The notes under the pieces were generated by a model. The model saw only the letters and a program-made list of their open reading frames with translations. It searched no databases and had not been told where the DNA came from. A stretch of 62,340 nt of DNA, the filler included, from Rhabdomonas costata (lineage: Eukaryota): assembly GCA_019059605.1 (NCBI GenBank). It is 31 parts of 31 records of this genome, joined end to end, with 100 filler letters (N's around TTAATTAATTAA, not from the genome) between each part and the next. Parts side by side here need not be neighbours in the genome. Positions count along the whole stretch, not along the records: positions 1 to 1,914 come from JAHMHO010007427.1; positions 2,015 to 3,928 come from JAHMHO010007428.1; positions 4,029 to 5,943 come from JAHMHO010007429.1; positions 6,044 to 7,956 come from JAHMHO010007430.1; positions 8,057 to 9,970 come from JAHMHO010007431.1; positions 10,071 to 11,976 come from JAHMHO010007432.1; 25 more parts are not named here. One strand, given 5' to 3'. Below, one piece after another: positions 1 to 12,076 of the stretch (its first letter is position 1; each line of letters opens with the position of its first letter). Made by a program: the position numbers and the translations under genes.

Positions 1-32
1 GTCATTGTGTGCGTGTGTGTCTGCCTTGCTAG

Positions 33-165
33 GCAGCTCTGCCTACAACTTGAGTGTGGACCCCGGGGAGCGGACGGACATAATCCGCCGACTTGACCCT
101 AAGATGGTCACTCGGTGGCACCGCCAGGCGCTCCAGCACCGCGCCAGGATCTCGAGTGCCTATCG
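33..165 (+). CDS. Exon possibly encoding a sulfatase-like C-terminal segment
   Basis: AG/GT-bounded GC-rich exon translating AYNLSVDPGERTDII, which resembles the LYNL-x2-DPGE-x2-(N/D) motif of arylsulfatases. One short motif only. Confidence 0.35.
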
Positions 166-1058
166 GTCTGTCAGTGCGTTTGTGTAGGGAGGGGGGGTTA
201 CTCCCTTCTCCCTCTTCCATTCTCTCATTATCATTGCCCGGTTCTGAGCCCCGGCTCCACTGACACTGGGAAGTGAATCAAGTGAACCGATGCCATCGAT
301 TGCAGAGTTCAACACGAATGATCACACCATATATCGTTTAAATGGAGCGAGTCGGATGTCGTTGACTGGTGCAGTACGGCTTCATGGGGCTTTGAAGTTA
401 AACTTTCAGCGTCCAATGGAAATAACTTCTGTGGTGCTATGGGTCCCCCTTGCTGTTTGCCCTTCGTTTGTTTCAGAGCAATCTATCAGTTTGACAAGTT
501 TGAGACGACGAGCTGATCGATGCACTGGCAAGTGCTGGGGGGCTGTTACTGTGCCTCGTCCTTTGCTTGTGGTCGTGCTCTCTGCTTCCGCTGTTCAACT
601 GCAAAACTTAGTCTCCACCTAAAGTTGGACTTTAAAAGCTGTTCTCAACTTCATCATAAGTACTATGAATACGTGTGGAGCGCATGATGTCTTGCTGTGC
701 AATTAAACGGCAGAAAACGGTTCTGGGTGGCACAGCCACTTCAAGAAGTCCAAATGCATTACGAACAGGAATGCTATGGGTGCCCTATAAACAAGTAGGT
801 GCCCTCTACTTGCCACTTGCCCATTGCCCCACCCCCCTGCGGTGGAAAATTCCACGTAAGGGTCATCGATGTGATGTTTGTGTGAAGTCATCGATCACAC
901 AAACACGGCGAGCCTGTAAAGGGTCTTCGTGTCACGACTGACCCGTCGCTCGGAGCACAGTCGTGTCACGGCTTGTTGGATTCGGTGCTGTGCACTTTCT
1001 CACGCAGGCTTGTGCTGTTGTACTGTTGTGTCTGAAGTCCCACTCCCGAGGCAGAGAA

Positions 1059-1914
1059 ATGTCTTGCCGGCCCAGGGTGATTCGCGTTTTCCGAAACGGC
1101 GATCCTCACCATGCGGGAGAGAGGGTAATGCTGAAGGCTAGCATCAATACCATGCAAAAACTTTACGATCAGGTGTGGGTGTCCGTATGGGTGTGCGTGG
1201 AGAGGTTGGAAACAACCATTTTGGATTTTTTCGCATTTGATGAGCGGACAATAAATGGTGATCCACCCAAATATGGAGTATCTGTTGGTATTTAACAATG
1301 GTTTTGCCTGTCTTCCTTTTCTGTGCGGGTCTTCTAGGTTTGTTTTGCCTTGCCTCAGGTGAACTCCCAGGTTAAGCTGGTGACTGGTGGATGTCGAAAG
1401 GTACGGTTGTTTGTGGAACCACTTTTTTTTTGTTCTTTTGGTATCTTTGGTAGGATTGCTTTCCTTTCCTTTCCCCTGTTTTGCGATTGTTTGATACTAT
1501 GCTGCAGTGCTCTCGTGGTGTTGGTTTGGATTTGCTCTTTCCATACACGTACACATACGCACACACCCCAAATTGAACAGCTTCGTTCTTGCTTTTTGCG
1601 CCTTCTTCTGCCCTGTAAAGGAAAATTGAATATGTTTTTCCTCCTGATCTTTGTGTGTTAACTTTACGTCACCAAAAGTTCTCTTCCTCGTTCATTGTTC
1701 TCCTATTCTTGTCTATTCTGTCCCATGGAAGTGCCGCTCCGCGCACCCCCTCACTCCACGCCTTCTTGGTTCTTGGTTTGCACAGCTGTTGCGTCCCAAT
1801 GGTCAGCAGGTCAGCGAGCTCGCGGATTTTGTAGACGGGGAGGCCGTGCTGGCGCTCTCTGGGGAGCCCCTCAGCCGGGAGCACATGCCGGCGGGCGCCC
1901 TGGCCCCCACCACC
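1059..1914 (+). CDS. Doublecortin (DCX) domain protein, 3 exons, 3' truncated
   Basis: Exons 1059-1172, 1359-1400, 1786-1914 joined by phase-0 GT-AG introns give MSCRPRVIRVFRNGDPHHAGERVMLKASINTMQKLYDQ/VNSQVKLVTGGCRK/LLRPNGQQVSELADFVDGEAVLALSGEP. This matches the DCX pattern (RNGD...G.R; G..V..l.dF.dG...la.g.E). Confidence 0.8.
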
Positions 1915-2014
1915 NNNNNNNNNNNNNNNNNNNNNNNNNNNNNNNNNNNNNNNNNNNNTTAATTAATTAANNNNNNNNNNNNNNNNNNNNNNNNNNNNNN
2001 NNNNNNNNNNNNNN
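1915..2014. other. Artificial contig-joining spacer (first of 30): N44-TTAATTAATTAA-N44
   Basis: The same 100-bp spacer recurs about every 2014 bp (3929, 5944, 7957, 9971, 11977 ... 60328). TTAATTAATTAA gives stops in all six frames. Contig lengths are nearly identical, consistent with length-sorted concatenation. Confidence 0.98.
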
Positions 2015-2038
2015 GTGGTTGGTGTATGCTCTGCGCAG

Positions 2039-2213
2039 AGATCTATGTGCTGCTTGGGGGCTTCGCGAGGTTTGCTCAGCAGTACCACAGCCACGGGTTT
2101 CTTGTCACGGGTTACGATGCCCAGCTATGGAGGAGCATCTGGGCCGCCAAGGGCACCAAAGTGGTCACCCCGTCCCCCATCTCCCCTATCGTGGTCGACC
2201 GGCCGCCCTCACG
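2039..2213 (+). CDS. Rhodanese / Cdc25-like (Acr2/Ych1-type) phosphatase, C-terminal exon
   Basis: IYVLLGGFARFAQQYHSHGFLVTGYDAQLWR matches the YVL-x-GGF-x2-F...GY-x3-LW ending of small Cdc25-like phosphatases/arsenate reductases. Boundaries approximate. Confidence 0.6.
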
Positions 2214-4074
2214 GTGCGAGATGAAGGTGCGCTTCCTCAGGTGCCTGGGTCTGATAAAGATTTATGCGACCTTTTTATATTTGCAACTGCAACTTTTCAA
2301 TTATTCAAAGCAAAATGCAAATAGTGCTATCTAGGAATCCCGAAGTTGAATTTAAACAAAACCTGCAAAAAAAAGCAGCCCGAAGTTTTTTGTTGGTGCA
2401 GTGTTCCTATTCTGAAAAAAGAATTGTAAAATAGTTCCAGAAAAGTATTACAAATACGTCTTTCTTTGCATCAACGCATTAACTTTATATTTTGGAAAAT
2501 GTTCCATTGCATTTTTGGGTTTTGACTCCATTGATTCTGCCTATTCTAATCCCGCCCTCAGTGAATAACTTCACCATATCAAAGTTTGTGTTTATCGGTG
2601 CTGAACGTTTAAAGCAAAAGATTTGCTTGACCCCCATTTATGGCACGTGTCCGGCTCGTCCGTTCGCTGCGGTCGCGCCCCGGCGCTGGTTTTGCTGCCC
2701 CAATTGATCCGCAAAGTCCCAAACCATTTAATGCCGTTTACTGCTTTTACGTACGATCAAGCTGTTAGATGAAATTCTCCTGCCCAGGCATTTTCTCGAT
2801 GATGTTTCATCGGCAAATGAAATAGAAGCTGGTGGTGGTGGTGATAGTGGACCCGCACCCCACTAACTCGGCTTTTCCACATGTTTGGGTAAGTTGCGCA
2901 AATTCTTTTTATATTTCCTCTCAAAAACCGGATGCTGCTTCCGGGTTGAACACGGCGCTCCAAGGTTATTATTTGTGTGTCACAGCCCGGCTCTGGAACA
3001 GAGAGTGACTTGTTCGAGTTGATGGTGTCCGCGCCTGGGCCAGTGTTCATCACAGAGGTTGGCCTTAAATCCATCCAAGAAAAGAGCACTGTGTGGCAAC
3101 TCGTTTGCTATGTCGCAGTTGTGGGAGCGGCGAGTTTGTTCTGTTAGATTTTTTCTGATTCATTAACTCATCCTTGTTTTTTTACGCAGCTCCTTTCCGC
3201 GCTGGCGTTGACCTAGCTGCAGTCTTCATGAAAGACATTGCCATCGGATTTTTTGGTTGTGTAGAAATCTAGAAGAAATACAAGGAAAACGATTGTGCAT
3301 CTTCGGAAACTCATACCCTCAAAAGTGCTGGCTTTTGCATAATGGCGTGAAAAGAAGGGGTGGGGTTCATTGTGGCTGTTTGATGGACTTTCAGGATGAT
3401 GAGATCCGAAGCCTTGAGAAACGGATTCTAGAGCTCGAGAACAGCTTAACGAGATACTGCTCGCACTCCTGAGGTCACTCCTGAGGTTCTGGTTTGATAC
3501 TACCAGTAGGGTGAAGACGCGATCTTTCTAGCCAAGGCTTTGAATTGCAATGGGCCATGGTGACCTTATCGCCCGCTCTCCGGATTGCAGACGCACTTCC
3601 TCACTTCCTGTCCAAAAGAGATTGTTTCTCCTCATGTGAGTGTGTGCTTTGTCTATAGACGTTGGTGTTGCACCGGCAAGGCTTTGGATCCGTTATTGCT
3701 TTGCTGGAGCTTTGCTGGAGTATAGCCTTTGTGACCAAAGTGGCCCATCGCCCGAACTGGAGTACTCGTGAATGCACTCTCCTCGGGGCAGTACATTTGG
3801 CTTGTGTGTCATATCGGCTGGATGTGCTAGTGCTTCAGATACCTCGTTCAGGGAATTTCAGAAAGAAAATTGAGGGACCACGCATTATAACAGTTGGTAG
3901 CGAAAGCGCCGAACCGCAAGCACTGTGTNNNNNNNNNNNNNNNNNNNNNNNNNNNNNNNNNNNNNNNNNNNNTTAATTAATTAANNNNNNNNNNNNNNNN
4001 NNNNNNNNNNNNNNNNNNNNNNNNNNNNTGTGTTGGGGGTTGGTTATTGAGGAGTGGTTATCGGTGATCTCCAG

Positions 4075-4632
4075 GGAGTGGAAAGACTTACACGATGATC
4101 GGGGTGCCGGGGAGCGAGGAGCGCGGGGTGATTCCGAGGCTGTGTGAGAAGATGTTCGAGGTGATGAAGTTCCTGCAGGAGGAGAACCGTACCCTGGACT
4201 TCCGTATTGAGGCCAGCTACATGGAGATCTACAATGAGAAGGTGCACGACCTGCTGGCTACCCGCAAAGACGGTGTGGCGGTGGCGCGTGCTCTGGGGGT
4301 GCTCTAACTTTTCGCTCCTGCCCTGAAATAAGAACCATAACCAGAGCGGTGGAGGGGGTCATCGAAAGCAAGGGATGGGCACTTCGGTTCCTTTGGGGGA
4401 TGTTTCGGTATTTTTCTGCAGCCCGAGGGAAGGGGCCACGGGGTCCGGACAACAGCTCGGACCTTAAGGTCAGGCAGCATCCCGTGCGGGGTCCCTTTGT
4501 GGAGGGCCTGTCCAAGGCTCCCGTCTCCTCCGTGGGTGAGGTGATGGAGCTGCTGGACCGCGGCAGCGCCGCACGGGCCACTGCGACGACCTCAATGAAC
4601 GAGCACTCCTCTCGCTCACACGCGATCTTCAG
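4075..4632 (+). CDS. Kinesin motor domain fragment, probably kinesin-3 (KIF1/KIF13-like)
   Basis: Exons 4075-4272 and 4422-4632, phase-1 GT-AG intron. Contains P-loop GSGKTYTM, GVIPRLC, SYMEIYNEKVHDLL, LKVRQHPVRGPFVEGLS and switch I MNEHSSRSHAIF. Confidence 0.93.
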
Positions 4633-6843
4633 GTCGGTGAAGGAGGGAGCTGGGTATTATTCATTGCATAGTTTGTAGCTACTGTGCTGCCCGTACTCTG
4701 TACCATCGCGTTACGCGTGGCCACAGGGCCAGACGCAATAGACTTAAAAAATCGGCAGGAAAATTTGTCGATGCATGGCTTTCGGTCAGTTGGGTATGTC
4801 CCCTGGGGGGATAGTCCGGTTGATTTCAGTCAAGTTTCTGGCCTCCCCGCGCTCGTAGCCGTGAACCTGACATTTCCATTACAAGTTATTACATTTGCAG
4901 CATGTTTTGTTGACCATGATCTCCAATTTTACCTCAGCGGGACAAAAAAGATAAAGGCTTGAAACAATTTTGTCTGGATCTGGTTGCCATCACAACCTCG
5001 TTGCTGCCAGCAACGCTTCCTCCACGTATTGCTGTTCTTGAAAGTCTATTTGAACGCGCTTTGGGCAGCAGTTTCTCCGTTCTGTCTATCTCTCTCGTTT
5101 GCCCAGCATCGAGCTCTCGGCAAAGCAGCTGATTCCAGGCACCGATGGGCAGGAGGTGTGCTCCTTTCCTGTCTGTCCAAGTCAACCTTGCTGATGACCT
5201 TTCCATTTTTTCCTCTTTTGTTCTCGTCTCGCGTGCGCGCTGCAGTGAGACAGCAGAGCAGCCTCACAGAAAAGCGACTGCTTTTCCTTTTATTGCACCT
5301 ATGACTGCTGAGCTCTGGATTTGTCATCGCGCTTGTGTTTCTCATTGAGGGGGGGCATTCCCGTCTTCTTGTGGTTCCCTCCTCTCCGTCTTACTCCCGC
5401 AGCTTTTCACCAGCAAGTCGAGCAAGCTGCACCTCGTCGGTATTTCGGCCTTTTATTTTCACCACTCATCCTTTTGTTTCGGCCGATCCCTTGCAGCTGT
5501 TCTGACTATTGTTGTGCAACCCTGTCTGCTTTTCACCACTGCATTCGGCGAGATTTCGTGAAATTTTCATTGGAAAGGTTCCCTTGGTCATCCACTCGAT
5601 CATCCTCAATCAAGAAGACTGAACATCCTTATTTAATCTGCCTAGCAGCGTCTGATTGTAATCAGGCTTGTATTTGAATAAATGGCATTCGCTCTTCCTT
5701 TTTATTATGTTGTTGATATGCTGTTGTTTGTTGTGTTTAGTGGTCGTTTGCTAGCCCCATCCCATCCAGATTGGCAAACGGAAGCAGCTGTGAATATGTT
5801 CTGGGACGTGTTTACTGTTGTCTCCAATGGTAATGAATGCAAATGCACACCTGAGTCAGGACTTCTGACTCATATGCAGCGCTCGTCCACACCTTCCCAA
5901 ATTCTAAGGGTTTCCGAATTCAAGAAACGTGAAAAGCAGATTTNNNNNNNNNNNNNNNNNNNNNNNNNNNNNNNNNNNNNNNNNNNNTTAATTAATTAAN
6001 NNNNNNNNNNNNNNNNNNNNNNNNNNNNNNNNNNNNNNNNNNNTGTTTTTTTTTGCCCATTTGCATGTTTTTGCCCTATTTTACTATTTTATGGGCCCTG
6101 TGCCTTGCTGGCCTATCTATTGACCAGGTGGAAAAGGGAGCCCCGAGGCTCAGAATTATTGTCCACTTCAAGCCCCTTTTTATTTCGAGTTTTGTCAAAT
6201 ATCTTCGAGGGGTCTAGCATGAATTAACTTGTCATGTCCAAGCTTAAATACCAACATTTTTTGTTTCAGTCACCTGGCAACCATTACCAGTGGTGTACCC
6301 TACTGGGGAACGTTAACGCTTCTCGCCCCTCAACGTCAATAGCGCAGAAAAACGGCCTGGCAATGTGTTGCAAAGAACGCGAGCCTACGATAGCCCAACC
6401 GCGGTGGGGCCGCCGTATAGTTCTGCATTGGTGTCGCCATGGACATGCATAGGAAATGGGTAATAAAGTTTTCCAAACGCCTTGGATGTACAGGGAAGGA
6501 CCTCCAAGACAGAAAACTCCTGTGGAAATGCCTCATTTCACCTTTTGCACTTCAGCCCTGGTTTTCGATCATTCATACTGTTTACACGTGGCCGTGAGGT
6601 CAGCAAAGCAGTTCCAAAGTGTTTGTTGTGACCTCACGTAATTACATCCCAAAGGACGACTTTTCTCCCTAAAACCTGTTCAAAGGTTTTAAAAAAAAGT
6701 GTTCGTTTGCCACAAAATCTATGCATCAAAAATTGGTTGAAATCCCGATGTGCATAGCGTTACTTTCTTATGTCGATTCCCAGTGGGTTCTTATTCGCCG
6801 CGGTTCTCGTCGCCCTGCATTCTGTGCATTTGTGTTGCGGCAG

Positions 6844-7592
6844 GACGTCGTTCGGCAGTTTGGCCGGTCTGCGGAGGATGCCCCGCGGATGGCCTTTTTG
6901 CGGGAGTCACTGCCTCGTCTGGTCGACGAAGAGGACGCCATGGTCTGAAGTTTGCGTCACAGTGAGATGGTGAGAGATGATGTGTTTGATACGGTTTGTA
7001 TGCGGATTTTGCTGGTGTGCTCGCTGTGCACCTGTTGGCTGATGATCGGTTTTTGTGCTGCGCAGTGGACAGGTGAACTCGTGTGCACCCTTTGGCAGAT
7101 ATTCCTTGGCTGTCCATTGTCGCAACATGCCGTATAGCAGTCGGGGGGCACACAGTGAGCCAAGCGCTTTCAGGGAACCCCGATGTAATGCTGTGGCGAT
7201 AACGTTGGTGGATAAATGGATGTCCCACCCCACCCAAACCTGGCAGGCATGCTTGCGGCAAGTATGATTTGCGGCACTCATCCCAATTCATACTGCAGTG
7301 GAAAATTGAGCACCAAAAAGCGATGCAACGAGGGATGAAAATTGTTTTCTTTTTCTCATGATTGTGTTTTTGCATGGCACAGTTGTTAATCTGTGTCCTC
7401 GAACAAAGTAGTCTCGAGGAGCAGAGCCCGGCTGTTCTTTTCGCGGCCCCGTTGTAGAGTCCCTTGCGTTTGGTCATTGTTAATGTATCTGTGCACCTTA
7501 ACACCCAGGGGTTGGCCCGCCTGTCGATGTTCCTGGAGTGTGTCACAAGCGGGCAGCTCGAGAAGGCGGAGAGCCTTCTGGATTGGAAAGGG
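6844..7592 (+). CDS. Hypothetical protein, two internal exons
   Basis: Exons 6844-6942 (DVVRQFGR...EEDAM) and 7509-7592 (GLARLSMF...LLDWKG) are AG/GT bounded and phase-0 compatible. No family recognised. Confidence 0.45.
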
Positions 7593-8158
7593 GTACGTTA
7601 CCTTTCTGCCACACTGCGCGCACGCGAACACGCACGTGGACAGAAAGCACACACACTCTCTCCCACTCCTACATTAGACCTAAAAAGTACATAACTCCCT
7701 TCTGCACCTGCTTAGATGCACCCCGTTTGTGCGGGCATGCGTTGCTTCGTATTGTCGTATTGTATTGTCAAAAACCTGCTAAGATGGCCTTTTAGCGAAC
7801 GTCGTCTGTGTGTGAGAGCGGCTGCATTAGTAAGAGTGTTGCTGTGAATGGTAGCGTCAGGGTTCCTTCTCCGCCCCCCTTGCCTGCCAGTTTCAATAGC
7901 ACAGCCGTGATTCAGCTTTCTTTCCTATTTCTTGCAAGGAATGAACGCGCCGAACANNNNNNNNNNNNNNNNNNNNNNNNNNNNNNNNNNNNNNNNNNNN
8001 TTAATTAATTAANNNNNNNNNNNNNNNNNNNNNNNNNNNNNNNNNNNNNNNNNNNNGTGGTGGGTGTGGTTGGTGTGGTTGGTTAACTAGGTTTCTTCGG
8101 TTAATAATTCGTTTTTACATTCGCCTTTCTTTGCTTTTGATGCTTTTTTGCATGCTAG

Positions 8159-8698
8159 TACGGCAAGGTGACAAAAGTTGAACGCCCCCAAAGCAGAACT
8201 TCTGCGGGACCTCCTGAATCTGCGAAGGAGTATGCCTTTGTCGAGTTCGAAAAGCCAGAAGATGCAGGTATTGCCATTGCCCACATGGCCCATGGTCAAC
8301 TCGATGGTCGGACACTCACTTGTGAGCTCGTATTTTCTGGCGGAGCTGGAGACAACGCCCACCCCAAACGGAATCCGGTCGAACATGCCGACCGGAAACC
8401 TGTAACCAAAGCTGCTCAGAGGCAGCGCAATGGTAGCCGGAATCGGGGGGAGCCTCATCGACCTGCGAGAGAACGTGACCGAGCCTCCGCTTCACGCAGC
8501 AGGGAGCGCGATAAGCCTACAAGGCGGGCCGAGACCACGCGCACAAGGTGCGGTGCTAATGCTTTCATACTAAATAGGCTGGTGCTCTCTCTCTCTGACT
8601 CTTGGTCCGTTCCTGCCTTTTTTAATTTTCTCAGAAGTCCTCGCGGAAGAGATGAACGTGACCGTTCTCGTGACCGCGGACAAGTGCGTAGGAAATAG
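8159..8698 (+). CDS. RNPS1: RNPS1/SR45-like RRM and RS protein, 3' part
   Basis: Exons 8159-8547 and 8635-8698 (TAG stop). YGKVTKVERP...KEYAFVEFEKPEDAGIAIAHMAHGQLDG matches the RNPS1 RRM ending (HM-x-GGQIDG). An RS/RD-rich tail follows. Confidence 0.75.
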   Translation, partial: YGKVTKVERPQSRTSAGPPESAKEYAFVEFEKPEDAGIAIAHMAHGQLDGRTLTCELVFSGGAGDNAHPKRNPVEHADRKPVTKAAQRQRNGSRNRGEPHRPARERDRASASRSRERDKPTRRAETTRTRCGANAFILNRLVLSLSDSWSVPAFFNFLRSPRGRDERDRSRDRGQVRRK

Positions 8699-10579
8699 GA
8701 CTGCAGCTTCATCATCCTGCTGCTTGCTTGGTGAGGACGGAACGACTTCTTTCTTGAGTGGTACAGTGGCCGCATCATTTCTCTTTGAATTGTTTCAAGA
8801 GGCATTTCGATGTTACTTGCCTGCCTGAGTGGTTGCCCGGATTTTCAACTGCATATTATTGCTGTGCTAAGCAAGTCACAGCGCTGCAGCTAGCTTGAGG
8901 GCATTGACCTGATGCTCGTCAGATTCCTCGGTGTGAGGGTGGTTTTCGGTTCCGAAATTTCGCCACCTTGCATCTTTTGGTTTTTCGAGCCTCGGAGGGG
9001 GAAGGCTGGGAATCCCGTTTGAGGAAAGCAAAGCAGAAGCAAAGCAAGTTTTCATCACTTTCACGGTGTACCGCCTTCATCCCAAGTTGTTGGGAAACGT
9101 CCAGACACATGAGTGCAGTAAATCGTGCCTTTTTAGTCTCCGTGCCACGTGCGGGCACCCAGGAGCGAGACACAACCCGGAGGAACAGAGCGCTACGCAG
9201 CATTGCACACCAGACATATCCGAGCACCCCCCACCAAAACCAGCCCCACTACTCACATGACGCGCTTTTCCGTCACCCCTCCTTTACGGTCTTCGATCGG
9301 GCGCCCCTCCCCCCGACGAATAACTACGCCAGACTGCCTTGCCTTCTCGTGGGTGACCGTTTTTGGTGTGGCCCCTGGGGCTGGCGATGATGCCCTGAGC
9401 GGGGGGGTCCCCGTGGGTGAAGGCAAGCAAAAAAAAAGGATCCTGGAAAACCGGTTTTCCTTCCCTGGTGGTGTTGGCCCGACACCATGTTACAATCGCC
9501 CTACACCCACCAGTTTCCAAAGCTACCCCACTTAGTCAGCCCCTTGCACGACAAAGGCGGTTTTTGCGGGGTCTCGGGTGCCAACCCCGCTCCAAACCGA
9601 AAAACTCGAAAAGTCGAAAAGTCCCCCCCCACACACACACCTCATTTTGTTGCCCGAAGTGGGTTCCGACCAATCCTCAGATTTCAGATGAGAATGCAAA
9701 ATCCACCTCAAGAGCGTCGTAGACAGGTGCCGTGGGTAACGTGAGATCAGTTATCTGCTCTGATCATAGTTGACCCTTTCACCCGCTGGAGCCCGGAAAC
9801 CGATTCTAGCCAATTGGACAGGGTTTTTTCCCGTTCGGATGCGCCGTTTACGCCGGAACGGGGCCATGGCGAGTTTGGCCGGGGCCCAAGGCAAAGCATC
9901 TTAAGGGCAAGTACCGCGGGTGGCAGTGGGAATATGCTGGGCCAAGGTTTGGGGGAGGGACCAAACAAAANNNNNNNNNNNNNNNNNNNNNNNNNNNNNN
10001 NNNNNNNNNNNNNNTTAATTAATTAANNNNNNNNNNNNNNNNNNNNNNNNNNNNNNNNNNNNNNNNNNNNGGTTGTTGTGGTTTTACGCCTCCCGTCCCT
10101 TCCGTCCAAGCAAACTCGGAGTCAATCTGCCGGAAGTCATGGTTGAATTACTATGTCTAGGACAGTTCTTCCGGAAGCTCACGTAGGGTGGTAAAGGCAA
10201 AAGCCCGATGGCCGGTCCGTGTACCCTTGGGCTGGTAACCACTCTTTTTTTTTTTTACAAATTTTTCCGCGTCTTTCCCCAGCGCAGCGGAGGGTGGAGG
10301 GTTTACGGCCGGCCCACCCTCAACGTATGTACAAACACCCCCTGCCTATATCCCCGTAACAGGGGGCGCAGGCAAAAGGCTCTCCGCCGTCTGTTGTCCA
10401 CCATAATAATCACGAACTTCACGCTGTGGTGCTTCGCGTTCGAGTTGCTTGGACGGAAGGGACGGGAGGCGTAAAACCGCTACAAGCACAAAGCAATACT
10501 ACCCAAGAGGTCTGCCGAAAGGCGCAAAACGTCCATGAAAAGGAAAAGCACCCCTCAAGCTCAAGAACAGGGAGCGCAC

Positions 10580-11517
10580 CGGTTTTTCCTCTGGGGGTCG
10601 ACGGCGTCCTGCTGCACCGTAGCCGTGGCCAGCTCCGCCGCGGTTGGTGTGGTGGAGACCTCGCTGTCACCGGCAGCCTCGAACGAGGCCCACCGCCGCT
10701 GCTTCTTCTCCAGCCGATGCACAGTCGGCCCTGTGCGGCACCACCGCACAAACATTCCCTACCACAAACACCTACCAAACAAACTTAAAATGTGGGGATG
10801 CACTGCTTATTTTAATCAGAAGATAAAATGCAAGGGCAACGAGGTGCTTCCTTACACAAACAAGGACAAACGCAATTTGCAGAGTGGTCTGTGTCCATTG
10901 CACACAAAAGCAGATATGGCAGAACAGACGCTGAACACAACCTAACAAAATTGGAGCCCATTACCATTTGTGGTGTGTGTGGAATTTCTATTGCTTCGCT
11001 CCAGCAACAGCTCTAGGTCACCAGAAGCCCACGTCCAATAAAAACAAGTGACTGTTGTATTTGGGAGGTGGGGGGAGTTAACACCGTTAAAAAGTTAAAA
11101 AGAAGAATCATTTCAAACTTCAAAAATCGGTCTCAAGGGCGTAGTGGAACGGTGACCCTAACCAGCTTTCGCCAATATAACATCATCAATTGAGTACAGG
11201 CACAGTTATGGTGACCCCCGTTCTCCCCAAAAAAGCTAATTTTTTTTAACAACGTGGAAAGGGTTACCTTGCACAGGGGGTGCATGAGGTCCACGGCGCG
11301 AGCCACCGGTCCCGACACCCGCACCGCCCTCCTCATCCTGGGGTCCTTCTGCCGCTGCGCTGGGGTCGTCTTCGGCTTCCCTTTTGCGAATGGCCCCTCG
11401 AGGCCTGCGGGGCCTGAACAGGGACTGCTCTGAAGCACTCTCTGGGACTAGCGGCGGCCCACCGCTAGCCCCAGCAGAACTCACAGCAGAAGAGGAGGAC
11501 CCTACTTCGCCCGACAT
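10580..11517 (-). CDS. Low-complexity protein N-terminus, possibly CWC24/RNF113A-like
   Basis: Exons 11517-11268 and 10730-10580, phase-1 GT-AG join: LFRPRRPRGAIRKRE...PPVQG/PTVHR...ELATATVQQD. Loosely resembles the Cwc24 N-terminus; zinc fingers are not in the contig. Confidence 0.35.
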
Positions 11518-12076
11518 AACACGGAGAACGAAGGAGTGCGGAACGGGAAGAAAGAAGGCCCGGGAGGATAGATGGCACGTGGCACATGCTAGCCCGCCTG
11601 ACAAGTTTCATTCCACGAGTGAAGTGGAACACATCTAGAAAATAGGCAGCATGTCCATCTTACCCCGAAAAATCTTCAGGACGGGTTTTGGATTGAATTA
11701 GCAAGTAATCAGGGGTTATCCGAAACGCTCCGGTCTTAAAATTTTCAGATGAGGCGAAATCACCCCTGCACGGACACGTGGCAACCCGATCCAGGAAGTG
11801 GGGGAGAGCAAAGGCGGAGACAAATTGCAGCACAAGAAGATGAAAAAGATCGATGTAAGAACAGCCTTGGACAAAGTCCTGGTTGTGAAGATTGCGCCGA
11901 CACATAAAACAACAACCACACACGGCCGATACCCTTCACTGCACCGATCACAGCTTCCCCTCCCAACCCCCCAAAANNNNNNNNNNNNNNNNNNNNNNNN
12001 NNNNNNNNNNNNNNNNNNNNTTAATTAATTAANNNNNNNNNNNNNNNNNNNNNNNNNNNNNNNNNNNNNNNNNNNN

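Noticed and set aside
9750..9800. IIVDPFTRW resembling a retroelement integrase motif
   Set aside because: Isolated short match with no other DDE or zinc-finger motifs.
10080..10478. 38-bp inverted repeat about 320 bp apart
   Set aside because: One arm begins at the contig start and merges into the G/T tail; probable inversion chimera, although a MITE cannot be fully excluded.
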